From a virus (lineage: Duplodnaviria; Caudoviricetes): a DNA stretch of 43,039 nucleotides. How positions within the stretch are numbered: position 1 is the stretch's first letter; each line of letters opens with the position of its first letter. The stretch lies in the IMG/VR virus record IMGVR_UViG_3300049982_000091, positions 1 through 43,039 of that record; one strand, 5' to 3'. The notes beneath the pieces are model-generated. The model ran no database searches. It was given only the letters and a program-made list of their open reading frames with translations, and had not been told where the DNA came from. The position numbers and the translations under genes were made by a program. Positions 35,900-43,039 of the stretch are shown piece by piece.

Positions 35900-36099
35900 A
35901 GGCCCGCGCGCTCGCCGAGCTGCGGGCACACAAGGACATCGTGCGCTTGTGGGCGGTCGCGCTGGTCGCCCTCGCGCTCGGCTTGCTCATCCTGGCCGCG
36001 CCCCACGACCGGTGGGTCCGGTCCGCCGTCGGGTCGGTGTTCCTCAGCCTCTCCACACAGTGCCTTATGACTTTCGTCCGGAAACGGCGGAAGCCATGA
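35896..36099 (+). CDS. Small two-TM membrane protein
   Basis: GTGA overlap; two hydrophobic helices and a basic tail. Confidence 0.6.
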   Translation: MKARALAELRAHKDIVRLWAVALVALALGLLILAAPHDRWVRSAVGSVFLSLSTQCLMTFVRKRRKP

Positions 36100-36266
36100 C
36101 CGGCGGCCCGTTCGCCGAGGGCCAGCGCGTCATCGCCGAGGACGGGCGCGTCGGGACGTATCGCGGCAGCTTCGGCGATGGCGTCTACGCGTTCGTGGCG
36201 GTCCCCGGCCTCGACCTCCAACTCATTCCGATGGCCGAGCTGGCCGAACACTCCGACACCCCGTAG
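36096..36266 (+). CDS. Small beta-rich protein
   Basis: MTGGPFAEGQRVIAEDGRVGTY; ATGA overlap. Confidence 0.55.
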   Translation: MTGGPFAEGQRVIAEDGRVGTYRGSFGDGVYAFVAVPGLDLQLIPMAELAEHSDTP

Positions 36267-36278
36267 GGAGCACCCAAC

Positions 36279-36563
36279 ATGTCCAGCATCACCACACTGG
36301 CCGCCGCCGCCGTGCCGGCGAAGGTCTCGGCCGGTACCGGCGCCGCCATCGGCGGGACCCTGTTCGTCACGCTCGTACTCGGCGCAATCATCGTCTACTG
36401 CGTGAAACACAAGGGATGGGACACGCCCCAGATCGTCATCGGGTACCTGTTCTGTCTCACGGTCAGCGGCGTGTCCTGGGGCGCGTCGTTGAACGGCTCG
36501 ATCTCGGGCGGCCTGTCCAGTCTCTACGGCGGCGCCATCAACTTCCTGTCGAATCTCGGGTGA
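36279..36563 (+). CDS. Small membrane protein, Spd/transfer-associated candidate
   Basis: AGGGAG RBS; two TM helices plus amphipathic tail; upstream of traB. Confidence 0.65.
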   Translation: MSSITTLAAAAVPAKVSAGTGAAIGGTLFVTLVLGAIIVYCVKHKGWDTPQIVIGYLFCLTVSGVSWGASLNGSISGGLSSLYGGAINFLSNLG

Positions 36564-36567
36564 CGCC

Positions 36568-37707
36568 GTGATCCTCGCCGTACTGGTCGCCGTGGTCCTC
36601 ATCTCGGGCGGTATCGCGGTCCACAAGTACCTTCGCGAACACCCGCCGCCCGACCTCGGCTCGGCACTCGCGAAGATCTACCGGGCCGACCATCCGAAGG
36701 CCCTCGCGCGGGCCCAGGCCGACAAGCGGGCCATCGCCAAGGGCGAGACGGTTCCGGACGGCGTCATGGTCGCACTCGGCCACCTGCTGTTCGGGACCGG
36801 CCGCGCGCTCCGCTACCTCGGCCGCAAGATCCGCGAGCGTGTCGAGGCGGGCCGCGAGGTCCCGCCCCTGGAGATCGTCAACGCCGACGCCGCCGCCCCC
36901 GCGGGCGGCGGCCCGGCCGCCCCCGACACACCGCCGGCCGAGGCCGAGGCCGAGGCCGAGCAGGACACCCCGCCCCCCGACACGACCGCCACCGCGCCGC
37001 AAGAGGAGACAGCACCGATGACCACCACCACCCTGGCCGCGCTTTACGAAGCGAGCGAGGACGCCGCCGCGCAGAACTTCGAGGGCGTCGTGGCCGTCGA
37101 GCGCTTCCTGAAGGCGGTTGCCACCGGTTGCGAGTCCGTGACCCACGTGTGGGTCCGGTGGGCCGAGCGCCTCGGCGGTCCGCTCCATGTCGATGACTCG
37201 GTGGTTGACCACATTCGGGCCTGCGCGCCCCACCAGGCCACCATCGCCGGGCTGACTGGCGAGGCGTCCAGCCACGTGACGGTGCTGCTCGACGGGTCGA
37301 TCACCGAGGCACTGGAGCGCGGACAGGACGTGCCCCACCACCACCTGATGAACTCGGCCGGCGGGTATCCGGCCATCCCTGCGTTCTATGAGCGGTTCGG
37401 GACGTACATCACCCAAAAGCGCGAGGACATTCGCGGCGAGCTGCTGCTGATGGTGGCGGTGAAGGACGCCAGCGCGAAGCAGGCCGAGATGTTCCGATCG
37501 GCCGCGCGCCGAATGGCCGACGCGAAAGACATCAACGTGAAGCGCGCCGCCGAGAAATACCTGGCAGCGGCGAGGGTCCAGGATGCGATCACCGAGCGCG
37601 TCGAGGCGGCCCACGTCCAGTTCGCCGTCATCATCCGGATGTCGATCCGCGCGCTGGCCGACTCCTCGATGAAGGCCCCGAACGCCCAGCTTCATGGCGT
37701 TGGTTGA
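36568..37707 (+). CDS. Transfer-associated membrane protein (traA position)
   Basis: N-terminal TM, Pro-rich linker, helical C-terminal domain; immediately upstream of traB. Confidence 0.6.
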   Translation: MILAVLVAVVLISGGIAVHKYLREHPPPDLGSALAKIYRADHPKALARAQADKRAIAKGETVPDGVMVALGHLLFGTGRALRYLGRKIRERVEAGREVPPLEIVNADAAAPAGGGPAAPDTPPAEAEAEAEQDTPPPDTTATAPQEETAPMTTTTLAALYEASEDAAAQNFEGVVAVERFLKAVATGCESVTHVWVRWAERLGGPLHVDDSVVDHIRACAPHQATIAGLTGEASSHVTVLLDGSITEALERGQDVPHHHLMNSAGGYPAIPAFYERFGTYITQKREDIRGELLLMVAVKDASAKQAEMFRSAARRMADAKDINVKRAAEKYLAAARVQDAITERVEAAHVQFAVIIRMSIRALADSSMKAPNAQLHGVG

Positions 37708-37742
37708 TCCGCTCCACGCCCACGACAGAAAGGACCGCGGCG

Positions 37743-39917
37743 ATGCCCGGTAAGAAGTCACCTCGCGCGCCGCGGACCGCGGCCGATAGGAAGAAGCAGA
37801 ACATCGCGAAGCGCGAGGCGAAAAAGGCCGAGCAGGGCGGCGCCGGCGGGAAGTCGAGGAAAGCGCCGGCGCCGTACATGCTCGGCCAGCAGAACGCGCT
37901 TTATGACTACTACATCGACGGCGGCGCCCCGCTGCCCGAACGCAAACCCGCGTCGTCGTCGGCGTTCGCCTCGGTCTTCTGGTGGTGCCACAAGCGGCGC
38001 GTCGAGCTGGCGCCGTTCGCCGTCGGCGCGGGCCTGCTCGCCACCTCGGCCGCGCTCCACCACGCCGACGCGCCCGCCTGGGCGCCGTTCGCCGGCGCCC
38101 TCGGGAACGTCGCGGTGTGGCTTCCCTGGACGCGCCGCAAGTGGGACCGCCAGGAAGAGAGGACGTACGTCCGGGCGATCATGGCGGCCGGCTCGGTGTG
38201 GACGTCGACCGCGGCCTTCCTCGGCCCGCACGCCGTCATGTTGGCGTTGCTCGCCGGCGGCGTCCTCGGCGGTGGCTACTTCTGGTGGCGCCACAAGTTG
38301 GTCCGGCCGCCGGCCGAGGGCAAGAGCGACGGCGAGCTGCTCGCCTACTGGCGCGCGCAGTGGGAAGCGGTCCGGGACCGCCTCGGGCTGGAAAAGTCGC
38401 GCGTGATCGAAGCCGAAGGCGATGACGACTATGTGGCGCTGACTGTCCAGCTCGTTCCCGGCGTCCAGGTCGCCGAGGACGTCAAGGCGATGAAGGTCAA
38501 GATCGCGGGCGCCCTGCGCCTGCCGGTCGCCGGCGTCCGGGTCGAGACGGTGAAGGCCGACGCGTCGCTGGTGAAGATCTTCATCGTGAAGGTCTCGCCG
38601 ATCTCGGCCGAGGTCAATTGGTCCGAGGCGGCCACGATGCTGCCGACGTCGCTCGCCTCGCCCTCGACGTTCGTGATCGGCCGAGACGAGACAGGGAAGT
38701 GGCGGCGGGTCGACCCGCGCGGCCACTGGATGATCATTGGAGAGTCGCGCTCGGGCAAGTCCAACGGACTCCACGCGTTCATGGCGAACGCCACCGCGTG
38801 CGACGACACGCTGGTGTGGTTCATCGACCTGAAGGGCGGCGCCGTTGGGAAGCGGTGGGGCGACAGCATCGACCGCCTGGCCGACACGATCGACAAGGCC
38901 GAGGCGCTGCTGGAAGCCGGAAACCTGATGATCGACCAGCGCCCGCACTTCGCGCCCGTCGGCGAGGGCGACGGCGACCAGCTCGACCCGAGCCCAGACA
39001 TGCCGGCCATCTTCATCGTGTGCGACGAATTCGCCGAGGCGGTCCGGCGCGGCGGCGCGAGGCTGGTCGGCCTCTTCGAGTCGATCGCGCGCCGTGGCGC
39101 GGCCCTCGGGATCTACCTGGTCCTGGTGGCCCAGGACGGAAGCCTGGAGTCCTTCGGGACCGAGGCGCTGCGCGGCCAGCTCACGCGGCGACTCTGCTAC
39201 CGGGTCGCGAAGGCCGACAACGCCCAGTACGTCCTCACGGGCTGGAGCAAGCTCGCCGTGACGGCGCTCGAAGATGGTCAATTCTTCTGGCACTACCGAA
39301 GCGACGATGAGACGCCGGTCCGGGCGCCGTTCATGACGCCGAAGGGGAACCGGACGCTTCCCCAGCAGATCGCCGCGGAACACGCGGCGTTGCGGCCCGA
39401 CCTCGACGCCCAGACGGTCGCCGCCGGCGGCACGTTCTACGCCCAGGGATGGGACGACACACCCCGAAACGGCGCCACGCCGACGAAGGCGGCAGCGCCT
39501 CGGCCGGTCGAGCGCCAGAATGCCAACACGACCGATCGAGGAGATACCCGCATGGACAGTCCAGCGCAGCGCGCCGCCCAGGCCGAGGCCGAGGCCGCCG
39601 AGCTGTTCGACGGCGTCGCCGAGATACCGACGACGGTCGAGCGGTTCGACGCCGAGCAGATCGACGCCGAGGTGGCCTCGGCCGAAGGTCGCTTCGCGGC
39701 GGCGTTCGCCAACGCCCCGGCCGAGGGCCTCGGCCGCCAGGCCCTGATCGAGATCACGGGCATGTCGAAGTCCTGGACTGATGAACGGCTGACCGCGTTG
39801 ACCGATCGCGGCGTCCTGGAGCGGCCCACACGCGGCAAGTACCGGGCCGCCGCCGGCGCCGACGTCCGGGCGGCCCTGGTCGAACACGCGGACCGTAAGC
39901 GCGCCGCCCTGGTGTGA
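37743..39917 (+). CDS. traB: TraB-type FtsK/SpoIIIE conjugal DNA translocase
   Basis: About four N-terminal TM helices; Walker A GESRSGKS; IDLKGG; Walker B IFIVCDEFAE; ARRGAALGIYLVLVAQ; C-terminal wHTH (GMSKSWTDERLTALTDRGVLERPTRGKY); GAAAGGA RBS. Confidence 0.9.
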   Translation: MPGKKSPRAPRTAADRKKQNIAKREAKKAEQGGAGGKSRKAPAPYMLGQQNALYDYYIDGGAPLPERKPASSSAFASVFWWCHKRRVELAPFAVGAGLLATSAALHHADAPAWAPFAGALGNVAVWLPWTRRKWDRQEERTYVRAIMAAGSVWTSTAAFLGPHAVMLALLAGGVLGGGYFWWRHKLVRPPAEGKSDGELLAYWRAQWEAVRDRLGLEKSRVIEAEGDDDYVALTVQLVPGVQVAEDVKAMKVKIAGALRLPVAGVRVETVKADASLVKIFIVKVSPISAEVNWSEAATMLPTSLASPSTFVIGRDETGKWRRVDPRGHWMIIGESRSGKSNGLHAFMANATACDDTLVWFIDLKGGAVGKRWGDSIDRLADTIDKAEALLEAGNLMIDQRPHFAPVGEGDGDQLDPSPDMPAIFIVCDEFAEAVRRGGARLVGLFESIARRGAALGIYLVLVAQDGSLESFGTEALRGQLTRRLCYRVAKADNAQYVLTGWSKLAVTALEDGQFFWHYRSDDETPVRAPFMTPKGNRTLPQQIAAEHAALRPDLDAQTVAAGGTFYAQGWDDTPRNGATPTKAAAPRPVERQNANTTDRGDTRMDSPAQRAAQAEAEAAELFDGVAEIPTTVERFDAEQIDAEVASAEGRFAAAFANAPAEGLGRQALIEITGMSKSWTDERLTALTDRGVLERPTRGKYRAAAGADVRAALVEHADRKRAALV

Positions 39918-39926
39918 CGGAGCGTA

Positions 39927-40044
39927 GCCGAGTCCCAAACGATCATGACCTTGGGACTCGGCGACCCTCCTTACGCGTAGGCGCGCGAAACGATGTCCCA
40001 TGGGACTCACCCTGGCACTTCGCCGTGGCAATCCCGTGGGACTC
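39927..40044. repeat. TGGGACTC repeat / inverted repeat cluster after traB
   Basis: 12-bp IR at 39927-39938 / 39951-39962; TCCC(A/G)TGGGACTC at 39996 and 40032. Confidence 0.7.
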
Positions 40045-40107
40045 CCCACCACCACCCACAGTGACCAGCACCGACACCCCAACCACATCCCCGAGGAGAC
40101 ACCCCAG

Positions 40108-41010
40108 ATGAGCAAGGACGACACGGCGGAACAGCCCGAGGGCGTCGGATGGCACGTCGGCGGCCTCCTGTTCTTCGGCGGCCTCAACCTCTATTTGAAC
40201 GGTTGGCACGCGCTCCACGCCGGCGGCGGGTCGCTCGTCATCGGCCTGATCGTCGGCGTCGTCCCGCCGGCCGTCGCCGCCTACATGAGCCACGACGTCG
40301 CGAAGGGAAAGGACGTCGGGCTGTGGGCCGGCGCGGTGTGGCTCGCGTGCGCCCTCGGCATGGCGTTGTCGATCAACGCTCAGGCCGCGGTGGTTCGGCC
40401 GTACGCCGGTGACTACGTCTGTTGGGCCTTCCCGCTGATGATCGACGTGGCCACGTTCTACTCGCTGTCGCGTCTCGTGGCGGCGTCGAAGGCGAAGGCC
40501 CAGGCCCGCCAGCAGCGAGCCGAGCAGGCGGCCCAGGCCCGCGCCCAGGCTCTCGCCGAGCGCAAGGCCCAGGCCGACGCCCGACAGGCCCAGGCCCTGG
40601 CAGAGGCCCAGGCCCGCGAGGCCCAGGCCGAAGCAGAACGGGCCCGGGCCCAGGCCCAGGCCGACGCCGAGGGGCGGGCCCAGGCCGAAGCAGAACGGGC
40701 CCAGGCCCGCGAGGCCGAACGGGCCCAGGCCGAGCAGAAGCGGGCCCAGGCCCGCGTGTCGAAGCGGGCCCAGGCCGACACGACGGCGGGCCCGAGGACG
40801 GGCCCAGGCGTCGGTCAGGCCGAATGGCAGGACCGTATCCGGGCCGCCCTCGACGCCGATCCGGGCCTGGAAATCAGGCCCTCGACGGTCGGCGCCGCCC
40901 TCGACGTCGACCCGCAGATCCGGGCCAGCGGCGCCTTCAAGCGCGCCGTCGCGGCGGTCCGGGCCGAGCGCGAGTCGGCGCCCGTACGCCTCGCAGCCGT
41001 CGGCGAGTAG
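40108..41010 (+). CDS. SpdB2/DUF2637-like four-TM spread protein with AQA coiled coil
   Basis: GAGGAG RBS; LNGWHA, VVPP, MALSINAQ, AFPLMIDV; C-terminal HTH-like region. Confidence 0.7.
   Translation: MSKDDTAEQPEGVGWHVGGLLFFGGLNLYLNGWHALHAGGGSLVIGLIVGVVPPAVAAYMSHDVAKGKDVGLWAGAVWLACALGMALSINAQAAVVRPYAGDYVCWAFPLMIDVATFYSLSRLVAASKAKAQARQQRAEQAAQARAQALAERKAQADARQAQALAEAQAREAQAEAERARAQAQADAEGRAQAEAERAQAREAERAQAEQKRAQARVSKRAQADTTAGPRTGPGVGQAEWQDRIRAALDADPGLEIRPSTVGAALDVDPQIRASGAFKRAVAAVRAERESAPVRLAAVGE
40498..40809 (+). repeat. 15 direct copies of GCCCAGGC, candidate clt/TRS array
   Basis: Counted by eye at 40498, 40531, 40543, 40567, 40588, 40606, 40621, 40648, 40654, 40678, 40699, 40723, 40744, 40768 and 40802. 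Confidence 0.65.
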
Positions 41011-41093
41011 CGCCACAACACGACGGGGCGGCCGGGTCCGTAACCACCTGGCCGCCCCATCTGCGCCCCCACCTTGTAACGGAAGGCAGGAAC

Positions 41094-41474
41094 GTGAACA
41101 CGGACACTATCCACCCCCCGCCACTCCCCCAGACGAAGATCGAAATCAACTTGCCGAAGATCTTCACGAAGGCCGCCGACGTCCTGGCCGCCAACGGTCA
41201 CTACAAGGGCGACTTCTACGACATGGCCCAGGTGGTCCGCGGCCGGCGCGCCGAGGACTGCGCGGTGTGCGCGTACGGCGCTCTCAACATCGCCGCGGGC
41301 GGCAGGCCCGACCAGATCAACGGGATGAGCTGCCTTGCGGCGATGGCCCTCGCCGGCTATCTCGCCATACCGGCGACGCCGGCCGCAATCGGCACATGGA
41401 ATGACGCCGACGCCCGGACGCCCGAGCAGGTCGAAAAGGCGTTCCGCGAGATCGCCGAGGAGTTGGCCCGATGA
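41094..41474 (+). CDS. DUF6197-like hypothetical protein
   Basis: KAADVL..NGH.KG...CAYGAL...WND..RT.EQV..FR. Confidence 0.7.
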   Translation: MNTDTIHPPPLPQTKIEINLPKIFTKAADVLAANGHYKGDFYDMAQVVRGRRAEDCAVCAYGALNIAAGGRPDQINGMSCLAAMALAGYLAIPATPAAIGTWNDADARTPEQVEKAFREIAEELAR

Positions 41475-41698
41475 GTGAAACCCGCCTGGTTTGCCTGTCC
41501 GAAGAGAGCGCGGCGACCGTGGCCGACGCATACGCCGATCCGTTCGGCGACAACCCGAGCAACACCGTTCGGCAGGACGGCGCCGAAGTGGTCATCGACT
41601 ACTTCGACAAGCGGTGGCCGCTCGATATCGCCGAGTGGGCTGCCGAGCAGGGCCACGCGTCGGACGCCGACGCCGCTCGCGTGATCGGCGGCCTGTGA
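41471..41698 (+). CDS. Small acidic hypothetical protein
   Basis: GAGGAG RBS; ATGA overlap. Confidence 0.65.
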   Translation: MSETRLVCLSEESAATVADAYADPFGDNPSNTVRQDGAEVVIDYFDKRWPLDIAEWAAEQGHASDADAARVIGGL

Positions 41699-42342
41699 TG
41701 ACCGCCGCACCTGGCCCGCGCGACATCGCCGCCGCCTGGCGGGCCCTCGGAGGCCACCCCGCATACCCACGTCTGCGCGCGTACGCCGAGCAGCGCGCCA
41801 CCGAGAGGAAGTCGCCCACGATGACCGAACCGCCGTTCCCGGAACCGTTCGGGCCCGACTACGTGCGGCCCGAGGGCCCGCCCTGCCCTGACTGCGCGTG
41901 CTGCACTGCGCGTCTGTGCGAGGCCGGCCGCGAGGTCACCGGCGGTTGCGGCCACGTCGGTGGCACGAACCGCGACGTCGTCCTGGCGTGCCCGTGTGGC
42001 ACGGCGCCCGGCAGTGTCGACGCGCTCGGGCGGGAAGTCCGCGACGTGTTGCGCAGCATCCCCGAGAGCCGGCGGCTCGGCGTATCGACGGCGGCCCGGA
42101 TGGCGGGCCGGCGGGCCATACACGCCGGCGTCGTCGGGGCGCCGGCGCGAGTGATCGCCGAGGCGATGCTGGCGCGGGCCCTGGAGCTTCGAGACGAGAT
42201 CGCCGCCGAGCCGGCGCGCCCGCCCTATCCCGAGCCGGGGAGCGAGATTCCCGACCAGCCCGGTTACGTCGTGGGCACGTGCCAGCACCGCGTCGCGGCC
42301 AGCGAATGGCGGGCCGGTTGCCGAACGTGTGAGCGCTGCTGA
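41698..42342 (+). CDS. Cys-rich hypothetical protein
   Basis: TGATG overlap; CPDCACC..LC, CPC and CQHRVAASEWRAGCRTCERC. Confidence 0.6.
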   Translation: MTAAPGPRDIAAAWRALGGHPAYPRLRAYAEQRATERKSPTMTEPPFPEPFGPDYVRPEGPPCPDCACCTARLCEAGREVTGGCGHVGGTNRDVVLACPCGTAPGSVDALGREVRDVLRSIPESRRLGVSTAARMAGRRAIHAGVVGAPARVIAEAMLARALELRDEIAAEPARPPYPEPGSEIPDQPGYVVGTCQHRVAASEWRAGCRTCERC

Positions 42343-42352
42343 CCGAACGATC

Positions 42353-42388
42353 GAGGCCCGGCCACCCTGCGAGGGGCGGCCGGGCCTC
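42353..42388 (+). terminator. Stem-loop ending the transfer operon
   Basis: GAGGCCCGGCC-ACCC...GGGC-GGCCGGGCCTC followed by TGTCGTTT. Confidence 0.6.
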
Positions 42389-42497
42389 TGTCGTTTCCAG
42401 GACCTGAAGGGACACCCCTGCCCCTGGTCCCGGACCAGCACCACACCCCCAACGATAAGGCCGCGAGATCGTCCGCGGTCCCGATCGCCAACGCCAA

Positions 42498-42532
42498 AAC
42501 GGGCCCCACACCTTCGCGGTGTGGGGCCCGTT
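42498..42532. terminator. Bidirectional terminator
   Basis: AACGGGCCCCACACC-ttcgc-GGTGTGGGGCCCGTT flanked by A and T runs, between convergent operons. Confidence 0.8.
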
Positions 42533-42550
42533 CTGTTTCCGGGGTGAGTC

Positions 42551-42751
42551 TTACGACAGCGGCGCCGCCGAGGGCGAGGTGGCGGCCGGCGCCTTCGCCG
42601 GGGCGTTCGGGACCAGCAGCACCACCGCAGCGCCCACGGCAGCGATGACCGTATTCAGGACCAGCTCGGCCGTACCGGCCAGCAGGCCGGACGAAGCGAC
42701 CACGCCAGCGGCGGCGAGCGCGGCGGCGATGGCCTTGCGGTACCTATCCAT
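42551..42751 (-). CDS. Holin-like two-TM protein
   Basis: MDRYRKAIAAAL...VVLLVPN; GAGGAG RBS; directly after the endolysin. Confidence 0.75.
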   Translation of the reverse strand: MDRYRKAIAAALAAAGVVASSGLLAGTAELVLNTVIAAVGAAVVLLVPNAPAKAPAATSPSAAPLS

Positions 42752-42816
42752 CGAGATCTCCTCGCATGAGAACACCCCGGCCATCAGGTCCGGGGCGTGT
42801 CGGTTGGGGCGGTGGC

Positions 42817-43039
42817 CTACGCGCCGGTGGTGTCGCTGACCGCCAGGCGGATGTCGACCTTGGCCAGCTCGTCGGCGATGGTCTTCTTCAGCGCCTCGAT
42901 GTCGGGCGCCGAAGCCTTGACCGCCTCGGCGAGCTGCTGAAGGACCAGGCCCTGGGCGGTCAGCATCGCGCGAAGCTGGTCGACGCCTTCGTGGGCCGCT
43001 CGCGCGTGGCCGTAGCCCGAGCCGAGGGCCGTGTTGACT
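42817..43039 (-). CDS. Endolysin 3' part
   Basis: ...DIEALKKTIADELAKVDIRLAVSDTTGA-stop (TAG at 42817-42819), in frame with 1-717. Confidence 0.8.
   Translation of the reverse strand, partial: VNTALGSGYGHARAAHEGVDQLRAMLTAQGLVLQQLAEAVKASAPDIEALKKTIADELAKVDIRLAVSDTTGA
42883..43039. repeat. Terminal direct repeat, copy 2
   Basis: Matches 1-157 with one mismatch. Confidence 0.95.

Noticed and set aside
37743-39917. Type IV coupling protein or type VII secretion ATPase
   Set aside because: Single ATPase domain with a C-terminal wHTH; no relaxase, VirB4 or EccC-like tandem ATPases nearby.
37758-40187. Long antisense ORFs (809 aa here; also 22642-24936, 8521-10434, 15041-16828, 13430-15007)
   Set aside because: Shadow frames of high-GC genes; no motifs, and opposite well-supported genes.

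Overview
The window is a complete, circularly closing ~42.9 kb genome (nt 1-157 repeat at 42883-43039) of a high-GC actinomycete temperate siphovirus. The minus strand carries an HK97-type virion operon (HNH, DNA methyltransferase, terminase, portal, protease, capsid, head-tail genes, tail tube, chaperones, tape measure, Dit, minor tails, fibre), a CHAP endolysin that spans the circle junction, and a holin. It also carries an early operon (Xis/Cro-like HTH, RuvC-like resolvase, exonuclease, SSB-like, Prim-Pol, DUF3987-type protein) ending at an iteron-rich origin. No integrase and no ParAB are visible. In their place sit a second replicon (HTH initiator with internal iterons and a probable antisense RNA) and a Streptomyces-plasmid-style conjugation module. 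That module has a GntR KorA/TraR repressor, a structured leader with repeated cassettes, Spd-like membrane proteins, a TraB FtsK/SpoIIIE translocase and candidate 8-bp clt repeats. The best reading is a phage-plasmid that could spread both as virions and by mycelial dsDNA conjugation. All family assignments come from motifs and gene order read by eye; no searches were run.
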